NCBI GenBank assembly: GCA_051047955.1
Contig: JBPGPT010000015.1
Span: 248,001 to 312,000 of the forward strand
Direction of reading: 5' to 3'
Source: Cystobasidiomycetes sp. EMM_F5
Taxonomy: Eukaryota
DNA: 64,000 nucleotides
Below the pieces are notes generated by a model, which saw only the letters and a list, made by a program, of their open reading frames with translations, was not told the DNA's origin and ran no database searches. The translations under genes and the position numbers were made by a program. Positions 25,190 to 37,042 of this stretch are shown here, one piece after another (the stretch's first letter is position 1; every line of letters starts with the position of its first letter).

Positions 25190-27657
25190 ATGGTGACAAC
25201 GCGCAGCAAAACTGCTGCAGCAGCGCCTCCTGCTGTTGCAGTTGCTGTTGTCGATACCGCCGCAGTCGCCCCGTCGTCTCATGGTAAGAGTGGCACAGCG
25301 AGACGCGACTACTATTGATATTTGACAATTTCGGGCAGTCAAGCGTCGCAAGAAGAAGTCAGACCATGTATCGGCTGCCGTCGTGCAGACTGCGCCGTTC
25401 CTCTCTCTTCCGCTGGAAATTCTCGTTCAAGTCCGCTCCAATGGCATGCGATTTCACTTGACACAGCACAACTAACGCAATTCACTTAAACCATTGCATC
25501 TCTCCAGATCGCCGCACAATCGCACCCAATTGAATGCGTCAACCTTGCATTCACATGCAAAGCGTCTGTTACTCGTGTTGTGATGACTATTTGACCCCTG
25601 ACATTGATGTCGTAATCCCAGCCTGCACTCGTGGCTGGCTTCCCCAAGAGCCGATTACATCTGGCTTCAATCTTTCGAACAAGTGATGGAAGTCACTTAC
25701 ACGAATGTCTACTGCCCGTACGCTGCAAACAAGTACCCTAAGCTCCCAACACCTCCAACGTCTTTGTCCTGGCTTTCCTATGCGAACATCTTGCTCGTTC
25801 AACGTTGTTCAGTCCGTTCAACTCGATCTTGCGCATTATGATGGAACAGAACTGACAACACTCCCCGTATGATGCAGGACTGCTCACGTGAGCTGAGTAC
25901 CATACCGCCGCCATTGCGGATCTCTGGATACAGTCTCGTAAACAAATGCTATCGTTGCTGTCACACCAATTCCATGCAATCGAAGCGAAAGATAAAAGAC
26001 GCTTTCAAGAATTGCGATCTCCCCGCGCAATTTTTTAATAGTCTTCCTTCAGCAAGCGGTCAGTGTGATCGAAGACAGATTTGTATTGCGTGCGGACTGA
26101 TGGCTCAGCCTAACTGCTCAACGCGTGTGTTCCAGACTCATGGAATGGCAAAGGCTACGATTTTCAGGTTTGCGAAATGTTTCTGCGCGACTACACGGCT
26201 TTTGAAGCGAGCGTTGGTTTCAACGAAGCTAAATGCAAGGAGTGGTTAGACAAGAAGGCTGAAGAACAGGCACTACGCTATTCCGCCTCAGAACAATTAT
26301 GGTCAGTGCGTAAGCGGGGAAGGAAATGGGTGGAACAGACCAGAAAACCTAAAGGCAAAGCTGCGGACGCTAAAGAAATGAAGCTGCTCGATGATCAGAA
26401 TCTAGAAGCGTAGGCGCATCATGGAAAATGCCTCGTGTGTGGCTGACATCTGCGTATGCCCTAGTCTGCGTTGCCATCTCAAACTGAAGCTGAAAGTGAA
26501 AATACGGAGTAGTGATGTACAAGATGCCGCCGCTACCGCCATCTTCCTCGTGAGAACATGGATTCTGCGGAAGAACGTACAACACTAATCCAGCGGTTCC
26601 AGAAACGGCTGTACAGCCCTTTGTCAGGGAAAGATCTGGATCGTCTCCCTACCGCAGCCTTAGAAGACGTCCTTCGAGTTCGCGAGCAGCGGCTGAAAAT
26701 CGAAGCCCTAGTGCCGTTTGAGATGAAGGGTCTGACCAAGCAAGCTATGCAGCTGCGTGTGCAAAAAACTTCCAGCCTTATCACCAAGCTGAGAAGTCGG
26801 TCTTCCGTCCGCGTGCCCATAGCATCGTCACCGACGCTTGCAGAGATGATGCAGCTCGATTCCATAAGTACCATCATCACAGATTCGGCCACGTCGCTGG
26901 CAGAAGTGGATGAAGCTTCAGTCAACAAAGCTGCATCGGCCTTTATCGAATTTTCCAACGAGATGCGGAGCGCCTGCATTGCCCTCTGTAACAACTCGAT
27001 GCAAACACGAAACGCTAAAATCGTTGCAGACAACTCCGTGTTTGCACTCTTCAATTGTACTGGCGCCTCCAGCGGTCCTCATGAGCAATGTTGTTTGAAG
27101 CCCGGATTCCTCGATGATGTTCTGCAGCACCCGTGCCTGCATAAGAAGCGCTTGAAGCAGCTTACAGATGGGTTTCCCCACACCCTCGAATACCTCAAAC
27201 AACATCCCGTTCTGAGACATCACTGGGCTTCGATCTCTCCTATCCAAGTCATTCCTCGAAATATAGCTATGATCCGACACGATCGTCAAGCAGTGGAAAA
27301 TGCAAAGATCCTGATTGGCAAAATCACCGCAGCAGGCTTCGCTGCTCCGGTGACTCAAGCTCAACTCAGTACATACAGGTTCACTTGCAGTCGGCTGAAC
27401 ATTTCCTGCTTTTACATGACATTCACCAATGCTGTAAGCCCGCATGTGTACCCAGTCAAATTTGCTGATGACTTTCGTGTCTCCAGCTCGAACACATGCG
27501 TAAATATCGTCCATCCAATCAGGCCGCAGCGAACAGCTTAGACTCTTCAAGCGATGACGATGAGGGTAGCGTGCAAGCAGGTCGCACAGCCAAGGACAGG
27601 CATGCCGAGATACACATAGCAGCAGGAGCTCTATGTGTCTGCGGAGGCTACCACTGA
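25190..27657 (+). CDS. F-box protein, tandem paralogue 4
   Basis: MVTTRSKTA...VKRRKKK...TAPFLSLPLEILVQ|IAAQSHPIECVNLAFTCKA...IW, then KRLYSPL and YRFTC...MTFTNA|LEHMRKY. TGA at 27655-27657. Confidence 0.8.
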
Positions 27658-28293
27658 TCCCAGCGAATTGCTACTCTGACTATTGAAAACGAATTACGGC
27701 TGTCGAACCGCGCACAGGCACGCCTTCCAACAATCTTCGATACTCGAGCACTTCCTTTATGCATTTATGTGCGATATGGCACCCTATCATCACCCGTGAA
27801 TTGGCAATGGGATTTACCTCCTTGAAGAGCCAAACTCCAGCCATAGAGTGCGGTATTGAACAAAATGCTCGACACCCATGCTGCCAATCGGGTGGACATC
27901 GTTTGCGATCAAGACACTTGAATGTTGCACCGCGCAATGGTAATCCTGATCCGCGCCTCGTCCGCCCTCACGAATTCATACTGCTTCTGCTTCGCTCCTT
28001 CCGCTCACTGCCACTGAATGAAAGTCTAGCAACCCGAAGGAGCGCATCCACCCTCACACAAACGGCTGCCTGGGGACCAGCTACTCTACTGTCCATGTAT
28101 GCTAGCGCTCGGGTCATTGTCTCGTGCTATGCAAACCCATGCCCTGCAATAATGTTGGCTGCATTGCCAGGTTCGTGAGGTTCTCTTCATAAGATTATGC
28201 ACTGCAAGGCATTTGCATCATATTGAGCCTCAATTTCTTTAGCATTGGTCTTTAATTACTATTAACCCGATTTTACATCATGTTTTCGACGGT

Positions 28294-31200
28294 CTAACTA
28301 GCATACGGGTTGCCCAACGACAAGCGAATCACTCCCGGAGACGCTGAAGTGTCCGCCAAGACCACAACAGTGACTTGTGACAGCTCCTTGATGACTTGCA
28401 AGCACTGACCAGCCGCAGTCTTCTCACAACCATCCTTGCTGACGGGAGCGCGATTGAGCGATTTTTGTACCTGAATTGACGTCGTCTTGTTTTGTACTTC
28501 TGGAATCTCGCCCTCCTCATCGTCATCCTCGAAGAGGGCTGCTTCAGCGGAGACATCCTTGGTTGATGTGCCCATTTGCGCTGCATGGCGATCCGACACT
28601 TCCTTGATGCGTTGAATGTACGGGTCTTTGGTCGACGCAGCCAAATACTTGATCGAATCTTGACCCTCTTCCCAGTACAAGGAGAGCACATTTGTGCGTT
28701 CGTCATGCACGTAGTTCTGTAGAAACATAGATAAGCTATAGTGTGACTCGGAGAAATGCCAATACTCACATGCAGCGGTAGCTGATCGAGATGGACACGC
28801 TTCTCGATGCCAAAGTCTGGCACAACGACATCGAAGGAAGCGTCGAGCACTCCGACAACCGTAGCTTGACGGCGAACTTGACCATACTTTGCGGTAAGAT
28901 CTGAAATGAGGATGCAGAGGTGGAGATGCTGAGACTGCTCTTGGCAAGTCTTTGCCGCCATCTTGCGATTGTTGCTGTTCTGGCAGACCTTGCTGACCGT
29001 TTCCGAGTCCATGGTGAAGCGAGCTTCTGGACTTTCGCTCAAAGCAGCTTCCAGCTGTCGATGAACAATGACATCTGCATATCGACGGATTGGACTGGAG
29101 AAGTGCGTGTAGAGCGGGACATTGAGCGCATAGTGGTGATAATCCGCAATGTCATACATGCCACTGCAGATATACTTGGCCTGCAGCATTGATTTTGTGG
29201 CAAGCAGTCGGAGAACCATGACTGGATCGTCCTGCTTGAGGCGGTTGAAGCTTGTCATCAGCGTGCCTGCGGACTGCGTATCCATCTGGTAGCCTAGCTT
29301 GTCTGCCCGCTTGCCAAAGCCTTCTAGACGGCGTGCTATCGGAGCCTCGTGTCGACGCAATAGCGCCTGATCCGGTAAAGCTGATGCAATCTTCGTAGCG
29401 ACTGCTTGGTTCGCCAACAGCATGAATTCTTCAATGAGCGAATGCGACTCCTGGCGTTCGTACACTTTGCAATCGACAGGCCGACCATCTTCGTCCAGAG
29501 TGAAAGATAGCTTTACATTGTCGATACGCAGGGCGCCATTGTCGAAACGTCGTGCTCTCATTTGGCGTGCCATCGACTGTGACTGTCATCAGCTACCTCA
29601 CAGCATTGTTACAGAAAATGGGCAAAGACACTCACATCTAGATGACGGATGTCCGCTGCGATGCCCTCGGGATCATGATCGTCAAAGATCTTGACTGACT
29701 CTGGCAAATCTTTTCCTTCGATACAGACTTGTGCATTCGAGTAAGCAAGCTTGGCCGCGGATCTGACATGACGATATCAGCAAGATCCATCAGTGCTAAG
29801 AGGTGATGGACGTACTTGATGACCGACTTTCCAAACCAAGTCGACAGTACTCGACCCTCTGCGCTCATCTTGAACACGGCGGAAAAGGTCAAGCGGTCTT
29901 CACCTGGCTGCAAGCTGCACAATGCTTCCGAAAGCGTTTGCGGCAACATCGGCGAGGCTCGCTGAACAAGGTAGACAGTAGTTCCGCGACGTTTGGCTTC
30001 CCTGTCCAGAGCAGAGCTGTGATACGGCTACGTTAGCAAAACTCAACACATTGCAAGATAATACGCGACCGACTTAGGCTTGACAAAGTGAGACACATCT
30101 GCAATGTGCACACCAACCTCGAAGGTACCGTCATCCAACTTGTTGATGTGCAGGGCATCGTCCAGGTCTCGAGCAGTTTCCGGATCAATAGTGAAAACTC
30201 TGCACTGTCTGAAATCCTTCCGTGCCTCAATCTCGCTCTGCGGAATGGTCCATGGCGTCGGCGGCAGGCACTTTGCTACAGTCTCGCCAAACGTCTCGTC
30301 TGTGAATCCACAGTCTTTGAGCAGAGCATTTGTTTCTGCTTCAATATCGCCAATCTCGCCGAGTTCCTCTACCAGACTACCGAATGGATGCAGCGATGTG
30401 ATTGGCCATCTCTTAATGCACGCGACGAATAACGTGCTGTTGAATTTGTCTGGAGAATCGAGGAAACTCTCTGGAGCCTGATCTGCTGGAATAGCAACTA
30501 GCGGGACACGCTTGTCGACCGGCTTGAACCAGATGATTTTCGGTCGATTTTGACGGTCATCATTGCGGATGTCTACGCCATCGCGCTCACGACGTTCAGC
30601 GTCTGCAAAAATGATGAAGGCAGTCAGTCTCCCACACACTTAACCAGTACGAATATGACATACCCTGCTTCTCCTTTGTAGCGGCAGACGACGGGCGCAG
30701 GATACCCAGAGTACCAGCAAAGAGCTGACCTGCCTGTCGTTCGACGACAGCAACAACATGACCAGCATACGTGGGGCGCTGATCATCGTTGACTTCCTCG
30801 TCCTCAAACAGAGTCAAGCCCTGTCCTTCGACTTCGACATCATCCTTCTTCTTGTCCTGCTTGCGGAGCTGTTGTGTAAAGCGTGGGTCAAAAGCAGTAG
30901 ATTCCTCCTTCTTGCGCTTCTTTTCTTCCTTTTCCTTCTTGGTCCTTTTGACATGAGAGCATTGTATCGTCAGACGGCAGACATAGTGGACAAATGCATC
31001 GCGACTCACCCCCAGACATCATCGACATCCAATAACTCGACAGCAACGACATCTCCCTCAAGCGCGCGATTGCGGTCTTTGGATCCGCAAACTGCATCGC
31101 GTTGATACATCGTCAGCCCGCGTTAGCATGCAACGTCATATGTGCACTCACTGAATACATCCGAGTTGAGAACATCGGTCGCGACGTAAGCATCCGATCT

Positions 31201-33729
31201 ATTTCGCTTGTTTACTCTCAGTACACCAATGACCAATTTACCCGTCTGCAAGAGTGGTGGAATGCTTGCTGCTGGAAGATAGGGTGCAAAGAGTGATTTA
31301 CGCTGCTGCTGGCTTGGAGTGCCTTGCATCTGCTGCACGCCAAACGAGGGGACTCGAGAATGTCCTGCCGAAGCTCGGAACTGCGTAAGTTGATGGAGCT
31401 GGGCCTGGGCTTGCGCGAGATCAGTTACGTTGGTCTGCGATACGGGTACAGAGGATTGAGTGACAATGTTGGAGTCTGAGCATGACGAAAGAGTCAGTTT
31501 CGATTAGATTAGACGGACTCTGTATATGTTAGACTCACTGCTTCCCCATCCAGCAAGAGATCCAATGCTACCTCTGCTCTCTCGTCTTCCATGTCCCAAT
31601 GCCCGCTGAGCTGCATTTGGCGGTAGGTCTGCTGGCGACTCTGCAACTTCCATCGTCGTAGGCAGGCCGCCCATGCCCACTACAAACGGATTGTTAACAT
31701 CATTTCCAATAATGGGGGCTGGAGCATTCGTTCCCTGAACATGCATCTGCTGGGTTGGATTGTTCGCTCCAGTAGGAAACGAGAATGCGGAATTGATTGT
31801 ATTTACTGATCCATTGTTTCCTTTAACATTTACTGAATGTCGTCTTCCATGGCCTTTCGGTAGGATACTGCCTGTTGTCGACGATGCTGATCCTGCAGTG
31901 GCGGAGGGGAGTGCGAATTGTCCCATTGACCCAAACTGACCCATTGGACCTGTGCTCGCTTGAGCGGCTACAGACTGGCCGCGTCGATGAGCAGCTGCTG
32001 CAGCGGATGGAAGTGTGACTGCTGCTCCTGCTCGTGCGGGTGTTGCGGGAGCAGTAGCAGTAGCGGCCGTAGCGGAATTAGAGGTCACACTCGAATCAGG
32101 GAGAGCATTCCCAGCAGCAGCGATTGGAGAGTTAGCCATCCCTACTGCCGCTTGTGCAGCTTGAACTTGTGAGATGGGCGACGCGACAATACCCAACTGG
32201 GCATACCGCTGCATGATATTCTCCTGTGCTAGACGGAGTGACTCGAGTTCGAGCTGTACATTGATGGAAGCCTGCGTGGCTGCATTGATATCTGCCTGCG
32301 GAGACTGCTGTTGAGCAGTCGTAGCCTGTGCGAAGCGAGGTGGAACACTTGATGCTGCGTTTGCGTTTGCTCCACCTGGAGACGCGACATTTGCTTGTGC
32401 TACAGCTTGTGCTTGCTGCTGCTGCTGTTGTTGTATAATCTGCGCTTGTAGCAGAGTCTGCTGGAGTTGAAATTGCTGCTGCAAAGCCAAAGCCTGCTGT
32501 TGGGCTTGTTGCTGCTGTGGAGAACTCTGAAATCCCAATTGCTGTTGCTGCTGCTGCAACTGCTGATACAAGGCCATCTGCGCCTGCGCTTGCATGCTCA
32601 TATTCAGCAGAGGATTCGCACCACCCAGACCCATTGCCGCTGCTGCCGCTGCAGTAGAGGCATCCATTCCAGTCGCACCACCTGCATTGCCCAGGTTCAT
32701 TCCCTGCATAGCAGCGAGTAGAGCAAGGTTATTCATGCCCGACTGATCTAGACCTCCGGTATTATTCGTCGATGGACTTGCTGCATTTCCAATACCTGCG
32801 TTGAATACGTTGTGGTAGTTTTGCCATTCTTGTGGATTTGCAGCTGCATAGTTTGTATGGTGACCTGCTCCGATCTGATTCTGCGGAGTCTGGAGTGGAG
32901 AGCCAAATACGTTGCCTACTGTACTGGTTTGGGACTGTGACGCCTGTTGCTGTTGGTACTGCTGTTGTAGCTGAGCGAGGTAGGCGTTGCTGGAGATGCC
33001 ACTGTCGAATGAGGAGACTTGAGGAGTGACGAGTGCTTCGTGCTCTACCTCTCCGAGAGCCGACAGAGCGCCCGGCTGAAACCCACCTGCGTTGGGATTG
33101 GGCTGAAAGCCACCTGCGTTGGGATTGGGCTGAAAGCCACCTGCGTTGGGATTGAGGGTGGAATTGGAAGCAGAAGTAGCGCGACTGCGGGTAGTGGGTT
33201 GTGACGTGGGCTGTGAAGTGGGCGACATGACGTTCTTTTCCCTGTCGTTGTTGGTCGACCCAAACTGATTGGCGTACTCCTTTGTCGGTGTAGACGCGCT
33301 CGGCATCGACTTTATGAGTTCTTGGAGGGACGAGAGAGCTGCTTCGGTGCTGGCTTGGTTGGACGAGGATGTGGGTGTTCGGATGGCTATTGCGCCTCTC
33401 GATGACGGTCTCTGAGGAGTGGCACCGACAGACGACGAGGACAAGCCACCGCCGATGGAAGGGGAGCCGCGTCGATTGAAGGTCGGAGACGACACGCGCT
33501 GCCTCGTTGGGGTGCCACTGAGCGGGGATGTGAGGACAGCAGCTGGCGACTCTGGCCTCGGGGGAAGGGACGAGTGCTTTGACGGTGTGGAGGGGATGAA
33601 GGGCGCTGCGGAGGGGGAGATGCGCGTGGAGGTGTTGTTAGTGTTGCTGCTGTTGGCGGGGTTGTGGATGCTCGTCGATGACCCGTTGCCCGGTGATTGG
33701 GTAGTGGTCGATGGAGGTTGGCCAGCCAT
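28294..33729 (-). CDS. SSD1: Ssd1/Dis3L2-family RNase II (RNB) protein with a long Q/N-rich disordered N-terminus
   Basis: RKSLFAPYLP, GVLRVNKRNRSDAYV, PKIIWFKPVDKRVPL, RWPITSLHPFG, TIDPETARDLDDAL, GVHIADVS, EEFMLLAN and HYALNVPLYTHFSSPIRRYADVIVHRQL. Confidence 0.93.
33074..33154 (-). repeat. Three tandem 27-bp units encoding (NPNAGGFQP)3 within SSD1
   Basis: Plus strand ggctgaaa(c/g)ccacctgcgttgggattg x3, with one mismatch between units. Confidence 0.95.
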
Positions 33730-34314
33730 GGCGTCGATGGGTGCAGGGCTAGAACAAAGGGAGATGAGGGAAGGTCAGTGAGTGCATAGAGTGGGATTAC
33801 GAGTGAGTGAGTGAACGCTCATCCATACACACCTCTTAACTACAATGTAATGGCTATCACAAAGACAAGCCCACTCTACGCGTCCTCACTCTGCCGCCCT
33901 CCACTGATTGGCGGAGGCTAATGATGCAGTTTATGCGAGTGGGTAGTGGGTGGATGGCTGATTGAGTGAGTGTATGTAGATGCAAGCAGTGTGCTGACTA
34001 ACGTCCACCTTGGAGTCTGCAGTGTTCTGTGCATGTCTCCCTCGTGTATTTCAGCGTCTCAGGCACGCTCATGCAACTGCAACGCCGGGGGAGACTTGTT
34101 AATTGGGCAGCTGAATTCATAATACCATAGACTACTAGTCATTACTAGTCATTGATGCACACTACTGCAGTGTATTAGACAGAGTGTCATACAATTAACA
34201 GTCCAATCAGTATACACTGTCACTCCCTGCCTGCCTGCCGCAGCTCAGTCATACCCCGACTGCGACTCCAACCACTCTTTCAACACTCATCAATCACCCA
34301 CTGCTCTATCGACA

Positions 34315-36694
34315 ATGTCCAAGCAGGGCGAGATCCCATCAGCGGGTGAGTGGGCAGGAGATCATTGCCCCGGGTGTTGGGTATCGCAGACTGGCACCGT
34401 CGTCATGGGTTATGGGTCATGGGTCATGGGGAGGGAGAGCTAATGGTCGGATGGTGTGGTTGACTGCGCGCAGGCACTTCGAGCACAACGGAACTGTCCG
34501 AGAATACACTCGTAGTCGTACTCGGTGAGTGGGTGGGGCGTGGGCGGCAGCGGGCTGTCAAGAGTGCGAGATGGCTGACGGGCGGATGATTGAATGATTG
34601 ACTTGCTCGGTGGATTGGATTGCGACGCGACACTCGCATCAACCGCTCCCTCGGCAACGACTTGACTTCCTCAACCGACTGGCTCTTCAACAACCTCACC
34701 CCCACTCTCTGCCATCACAACACTTCATCCGCTACTACCACAGGCGCATCCGGTGATCTCGCAAAGAAAAAGGTGCACCATCTCAACCTCACCAGCACAC
34801 AGGATCAACCCATACTAACATCCCTCTCTACCCACAGACCTTCCCGGCCCTGTACGGCCTCTACCAGAATGACTTTCTCCCAAAAGGCATCCACATCGTC
34901 GGATACGCGCGCACAAAGATGGACGAAGCTGAATTCCACAAGCGAGCATCCCAGCACATCAAGGTCATTCCAGCCTTCAAGAAGAAGGTAGACGAGTTTC
35001 TAGGTGCTTGCTCGTACATTTCCGGACAGTACGATTCAGACGACGATTTCCAAGTACTCGAAAAGAGGCTGCAGGAGATTGAGGGGGCCTACTCCAACAA
35101 GGAAAAGACGAATCGCGTATTCTACATGGCTCTCCCTCCGTCAGTCTTTACGACGGTAGCGGAGAAGCTGAAGAAGAACAACTATACGGAAAAGGGAACG
35201 AATCGAATCATTGTGGAAAAGCCGTTTGGCAAGGATTTGGAGTCGTCTAGAGAGATGATGGGTGAATTGAAAGCCCTCTGGAAGGAGGAGGAGGTGAGTC
35301 GTTTGTCTTTAGTGGCGATCAGGCAGCACTGCAGTCGATACGGTTCTTTTCATCAGTGCTGACATCTTGCACTCTCTGCCTCTCGTACTCGTCAATGTCT
35401 TGTTCGTCGCGTCATCCGTCAGACCTTCCGTATCGACCACTACCTTGGTAAAGAAATGGTAAAGAACCTGCTCGTCCTCCGATTCGGCAACGTCATTCTC
35501 GACGCGTCCTTCAACAAGACGCTCATTGACAATGTACAAATCACCTTTAAAGAGCCATTCGGAACTGAGGGTCGAGGTGGATACTTTGATGAATTTGGCA
35601 TCATTCGTGACGTCATGCAGAATCGTTAGTTAGCCAGTCTCGTTTGAAACCAGAAAACGATTGCTGACATGGTGTGCCGTGTGACTTGCTGATCAGATCT
35701 GCTGCAAGTCTTGTCCATCCTGACAATGGAACGGCCTGTATCCTTCTCTTCCGAGGATATCCGAGACGAAAAGGTCAAGGTTTTGCGCTACATTTCTCCC
35801 ATCAAGCCCGACGACGCGATTCTAGGCCAGTATGCCAAGACTGGTGACAAGCCCGGCTACAAGGACGACGATACGGTCCCGAAAGACTCTGTCTCTCCCA
35901 CCTTTGCTGCAATTGTCATGCACATCAACTCTCCACGATGGGAGGGCGTTCCATTCATCATGAAGGCTGGTAAAGCGCTCAATGAGCAAAAGACGGAAAT
36001 CAGAATTCAGTATAAAGATGTAACGCAGGGTATCTTTAAAGATATCGCGAGAAATGAACTCGTCATTCGCGTTCAGCCCGGTGAAGCAGTCTACATGAAG
36101 GTCAATACAAAGATGCCAGGACTTGCTATGAAGTCGGTGCCTACAGAGTTGGACCTCACGTACAAGCGTCGATTCTCGGATCTCAAGATTCCAGGTGGGT
36201 TGCTTGACTTCGAGTTGTACATGAAGCACTAGCTAAAGAAGTGTAAATAATGAACCTCTGCAGAGGCCTACGAAGCTCTCATTCTCGATGCCTTCAAGGG
36301 AGATCACAGCAACTTTGTCCGAGACGACGAGCTCGATATCGCTTGGAAGATTTTCACTCCGCTGTGCGTACTCAAACTTCAGATGCGGGAGTCTCATCTG
36401 ACTCTTTTGGCATTCCTTATAGATTGCACTACATCGAAAAGGAGAAGCCTCAACCTTTGGTGTGTAATGGTCTGAAAATGATTACATGGCAATACTGATT
36501 TGACACGTCACCACCAGTCATACGATTATGGATCAAGAGGTCCAAAGGAGCTAGACGACTTTATCACAAAACAGTCTGGCTATACCAGGTATGTTTGACT
36601 CAATATCCCGGCTGGAGCGTGGCTTATTGTATATGGCAGAAAACAACAATCATCCTACAGCTGGCCTACGACGGACGCAAACCCGTCCAGCTGA
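34315..36694 (+). CDS. ZWF1: Glucose-6-phosphate 1-dehydrogenase
   Basis: [61 protein letters not shown] and YSWPTT. TGA at 36692-36694, followed by an open extension to 36769 (see findings). Confidence 0.97.
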
Positions 36695-37042
36695 CTCGGA
36701 GTGGAGCCATTCAAAGCCGTTCGCGAGGTAGAACCATGGAAGAAGCGTGTCGTTCGTGCCAAGTTGTAGGGTCAAAGCTTCGTTGACGACATTTTCGTGG
36801 TTATTGTAGTGGACGGAGGAGGAGAGCCAATTGGAATCATGCGCACATGGAACATAAAGCAACGAGATGAGAGTGAGATGGAGATAAATAACAACACCAA
36901 TTGGATTTCCCTTCGAGAGAATGGCTCCAGGATTAGAGAATGTGACGGTATACCACACTACTCAATGAAAGACTACTATACAAGATGCCAGTGTTGAAGT
37001 TAGATTTTTCACATGAAACAATGCCTAATGCGGTGCCCAACA

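Noticed and set aside
33074..33154. CRISPR-like or mobile-element repeat
   Set aside because: The units are contiguous with no spacers and lie in frame inside SSD1.
34131..34153. Tandem TACTAGTCAT x2 in the SSD1-G6PD divergent promoter
   Set aside because: Too short to assign a function; no second occurrence noticed.
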